Assembly: GCF_009914755.1 (NCBI RefSeq)
Contig: NC_060930.1
Strand: one strand, 5' to 3'
Source of the DNA: the human T2T-CHM13v2.0 reference genome, Homo sapiens
DNA length: 64,000 nt
The notes under the pieces were generated by a model that was not told the origin of the DNA, searched no databases, and saw only the letters and a program-made list of their open reading frames with translations. The translations under genes were made by a program, and so were the position numbers. This document shows, in pieces, positions 59,671 to 64,000 of the stretch. The number at the start of each line of letters is the position of its first letter. The stretch's first letter is position 1.

Positions 59671-61291
59671 AAAGCTTACTTAGTGATGAAAAGCAGTAAA
59701 AAGGACATGAAGAGATTATTAGCTTATATTTTATATTTCATTAGAACATGACAAAAGTAGGTAGTGAAATTCAATACAGAATGCTTGGTAACTCAAAATA
59801 GCATAATATCAATAAGGGTACCAGAAATATAAAACATTTTATAAGATATTGAATTTTAAAACCAAATTTAAATTTAAAAAATTAAGTAAACTGGCTTACC
59901 GTACTTTATACTTACTTTCAAGTTGGTTTCACATTTTATTCTTTTCTCTTTATAAGAAATAATTTTTAACTAGGGGAAAAAAAACCCTGATAAACCCAGT
60001 CATTGGCCCTAGCCAGAGTTTCAAGTTGTTTCCTATATTTTTCCTTCAGTAAGTATGCCTTTTATAACATAAAACAAAAATAATTATTTGAGCATAATGC
60101 AATTACATATCCTATAATGTCTGCTGAAGTCCAGGAAAAAATTCGTGGCAGTGTTCAGAATTGAGGCAAAAAATAAGTTCCTTGAGGTAGGTGGCAAGGA
60201 AGGGTCTGTTGTGGCCTCCCTTGCAAAAAGCTCTGGGCATTGGGCTGCCCACAGGAGCAGCCCCAAGGCCAAGCCAAAAATGTCAGGGAAGGAAGGAGGC
60301 CAGTTGGTATACCTGGGAGAGGCGGAGGCTTGAAGCCGCAGATGAACTGGGATCCCAGTGTAGGGATGGAGCCGGAGCAGGGAGAAGAAGGGCAGGAACT
60401 TGAGAGAGCAAGGAGAGGCAGAGTGTGGTTCAGGCGACCCTGTCTCTAAGTGTCACTGGAATGGGGTCAGCCAGGCGCTGTCTCTACTCTCTACTCACTG
60501 TAACACACCCTCCACCTCAGAGAGGCTCAAAATCTCTACAACAGAAGAACTGGCTCTGGGAGCCACTTACCATCTGCCTGTTGTCTCCCTCTCTCCCCAT
60601 CTCCATCATCCCTTCTCCCCTCTCTCTTTTCACCCTTGCTCTCTTAGGCCCTGGCTGTCTTAATCTTTCTCACTCTGCATATCATACCAGGGCCGGGAGG
60701 AGGCAAGAGGCAGTACAACAGCCTTTCTCTTCCCCACTGATGTGTTTTCAACTCTGTCTCTTGAGATCATGGCTGAGAGATTTACTGAACCATTAGCTCA
60801 GAAGTGCAAGACCCCACCTACCCACCCACACACACACCCCACTACCACCTCCCTGGCCAATATTACTGGGAAACAAATGTTGACTCCATTTAGATTCTGG
60901 GTAGTTTATATTCACAGTGAGTTCTAGGGTGCCAGGGGCACCTCCCATACATTCCAAATTACCCTTCTCTGAATCCACTCTCCCCAGTGAGCCTGAGCAT
61001 TTCCTGCAAGATTCAGCAGGTTTGCGGAGGGAGTTATATCAAGGACCACCAATGACCTTCTTTCCCAGGCAGAATAAATTATATCTATTTACTCAAACTA
61101 ATGCTCACATTTTTAATTTGCATTATAGCTAAGCAATTTACATTTTCCAAAACAACCAGAATTTACCCATTTTTATAACTGTTCCATATGTTCTATGTTA
61201 TTGTATTTGTATACTATTTTTAACACGTTGTAACAACATTTCTTAAAGTAGACAATATTGTATTGAATCTTTCAATTAAATTAGAAAACAT

Positions 61292-61400
61292 GCTGGTCCG
61301 AGTGCAGTGGTGTTTGTAACTAATTGATCACAACCAGTTACAGATTTCTTTGTTCCTTCTCCACTCCCACTGCTTCACTTGACTAGCCTTAAGAAAAAGA
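61292..61400 (+). pseudogene. Second Y3 RNA (RNY3) processed pseudogene
   Basis: gctggtccgagtgcagtggtgtttgtaactaattgatcacaaccag...gactagcctt (61292-61390); short A-rich tail; imperfect TSD agaaaacat/aaaagacat. Confidence 0.95.
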
Positions 61401-62614
61401 CATTTACTATACCTGCTTGTATAAACAAATACGGATTTATAGTTACAAATACAATATTGCCTCTCAAATTTACATATACAACAACTACAGGAAAAAGTGT
61501 AACTACAAATTAGAATATTGCTAGAATTTAAATCTTAAGTTAGAAAAATCATCAGGGATTGTATATTTATTTATACAAAACAAGTTTTCCTTTAAACAAT
61601 TGCATTAAATATTTAGTTGGCTTTAGCGTAGAAGGTATGTTTATTTAAAATATTTATATTTCTAACAGACCATTTTTTTCACGAGAGAAAAGCATAAGAA
61701 AGTGGTATCATTAAATAAAAACATATCATGTATTATGTGACAAACACGAATTGGATAACTCTTTGCATATAAGAGTGAATTAACATTGTAGATTATTATG
61801 TGTTTTTTGTATTTATTTTCATATATCTACTTATATTTATTATGTTATATTTATTGCTTAACTCATTTTGGAAGTGCAAATGTCTTGATTCCACTATGAG
61901 GAGGTATTTCCAGGACATGAAGAGATACCCTTTATGAATTAAAGTGTTTCTTTAAAAAAAAAAAAGGAACAAGAATATTGAGTAATGTATTATTAATTAA
62001 AATATAATATCTTCAAAGAGAGTACTTGCCTTAATGAGAATTTCAATGATTTCTAGTATAAAAATATTTTAATCCTCCTTGAATTCTAATCACTTATTTT
62101 CATCTAGAAATTATATGTGACTATAGTGATTATAAATTAAATTGTCATATTTTCAATTATTCTCGCCTCACATTCAAACAAGTAAAATGGAATAAACAGT
62201 AATTATTTTATTAATTCAAGCAAAAAAAGGTTTTTTGCTTTAACCGTTTGGATCTTTTCCTTCTTGGTGGCCTGAATAAAGCTGCTGTTTCCCATTTTCT
62301 ACTAGTGCATGTGTGTGCATGTGTAGAAGTTTGTGTGTGTACTTTTTAGGAAGAAAATTAAGCCTCTCCTTCCCCCTCAAAACAAAAGTAACTCTAATCT
62401 ATAGACTATTGCTAAATCACTGCTGCTCCTTTATAAGTCACTTGTCTGAATCTTAGTTCTTGGTGATGCTTGTCTGCCCCATCATTCAGGAAACATCTGT
62501 GAATCTTTAATCTCACTCTTGAGATTGTGATGCTCCCAAATCATCCAAAACAAAGAAGTATCTGCTTTATTCTCAACTATCTCAGTGGTTCTAACCACTA
62601 TTGTTTTTGACAGC

Positions 62615-62958
<344 letters not shown>

Positions 62959-63537
62959 TAATTATAGAGGTAGTATGTTTGCCAGTTTCTAGCCTGGTTA
63001 TTCTAATTTAGTCAATAAGCAGAGCAATTCAGTTCAACAAACATTGGTTGAGGTAGCAGAGAGGAAAAAACATTTTCTAATCCTTTTGTTTTCCATGTTT
63101 CCCAGGTAGGTGGTCACTTTGAGAGGTGATCTATCCCTCTGTTTCATTTCTCTTCTAACTCCTGTTATTTCCTCTTCTTTCTCTTTATGCCTGTTCCACA
63201 AAGGTCCACTGGTGTTTCTCTCAGTGCCCAATACCCAATCTCACCTCGTTTCTTAGACTAAACCAAAACTAAAATATAAAGTATTTAAGGGGCCTCAGAC
63301 TCATTGACCTCACCCCAAACCTGCTCCATCCCCTGGGCCATATCTTGTGACTCCTCCACTGTTGGGCTGGCCTAGGACACAATACATCAACATTATCACT
63401 GGGCACCCACATTGTGTCTCAAGTCACCTAGGCTGCTAATCTCACCAAGCACAGTTCTCAAATCATCCTACAAGAAGTAAGACCTCCCCAGATCTTGAAG
63501 TCCAACCCACAACCCTGCCATTAGGAGGTTTACTAAC

Positions 63538-63978
63538 TGTTTTAGTCTATTTTCTGTTGCTTATTAAATAATATCTAAAATGGGTTAATTTATAAGAAAA
63601 AGGAATTCATTTCTTACAATTCTGGAGGCTACATCCAAGGTCGAGGGGCCACATCTGGTGAGAGCCTTCTTGCTGGTAGGGACTCTCTACAGAGTCCCAG
63701 GGCAGTATAAAGTATTACTTGGAGAGGTGACCGAACATGCTAATGTGCTAGCTCAGGTCTATCTGCCTTTTCTTTTAATGCCACCGGTTCCCCTCCCATG
63801 ATAATTTATTAACCCATTAACTCATTAGTTCATTAATCCATCAATGAATTAGTCCATTCATAAGGGCAGAGTCCTCATGACCCAATCACCTCTTAAAGGC
63901 CCCACCTCTCAATATTGCCACACTGGGGTTTAAATTTCCACATGAGTTTTGTAGGGGACAAATATTTAAACCATAGCA
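63538..63978 (-). mobile_element. MaLR solo LTR (MST/MLT1A-like)
   Basis: tgttttagtc...cccaatcacctcttaaaggccccacctctcaata...aaaccatagca; 5-bp TSD ctaac/ctacc. Confidence 0.85.
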
Positions 63979-64000
63979 CTACCTAAGGTTAGAACTTCTC

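Overview
Primate genomic DNA, almost certainly human, since it carries an L1HS with the human-specific pre-Ta 3'UTR diagnostics. It is intergenic or intronic and dominated by retroelements. I see no intact protein-coding gene, CpG island, tRNA or CRISPR array. The ORF track is explained by L1/L2 remnants, Alu reading frames and chance. Main contents: a 5'-inverted L1HS pre-Ta with a large internal deletion (7.9-9.2 kb); a full-length but disabled L1PA7-type element (11.1-17.5 kb); a near full-length L2 ORF2 fossil with readable endonuclease and RT motifs (31.4-34.8 kb); three clustered ERV1 solo LTRs plus several MaLR/ERVL LTRs, nearly all on the minus strand; about 30 Alus, including an Alu nested in an Alu and a FAM; two Y3 RNA retropseudogenes; a tailless 5S rRNA retropseudogene; and a palindromic MITE whose arms look homogenised. 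LTR strand bias and several good + strand splice sites hint at a + strand, probably non-coding, transcript. I found no convincing novel biological system. The findings concern retrotransposition mechanics and candidate regulatory or non-coding elements. Subfamily names come from remembered consensus sequences and need RepeatMasker/Dfam confirmation.
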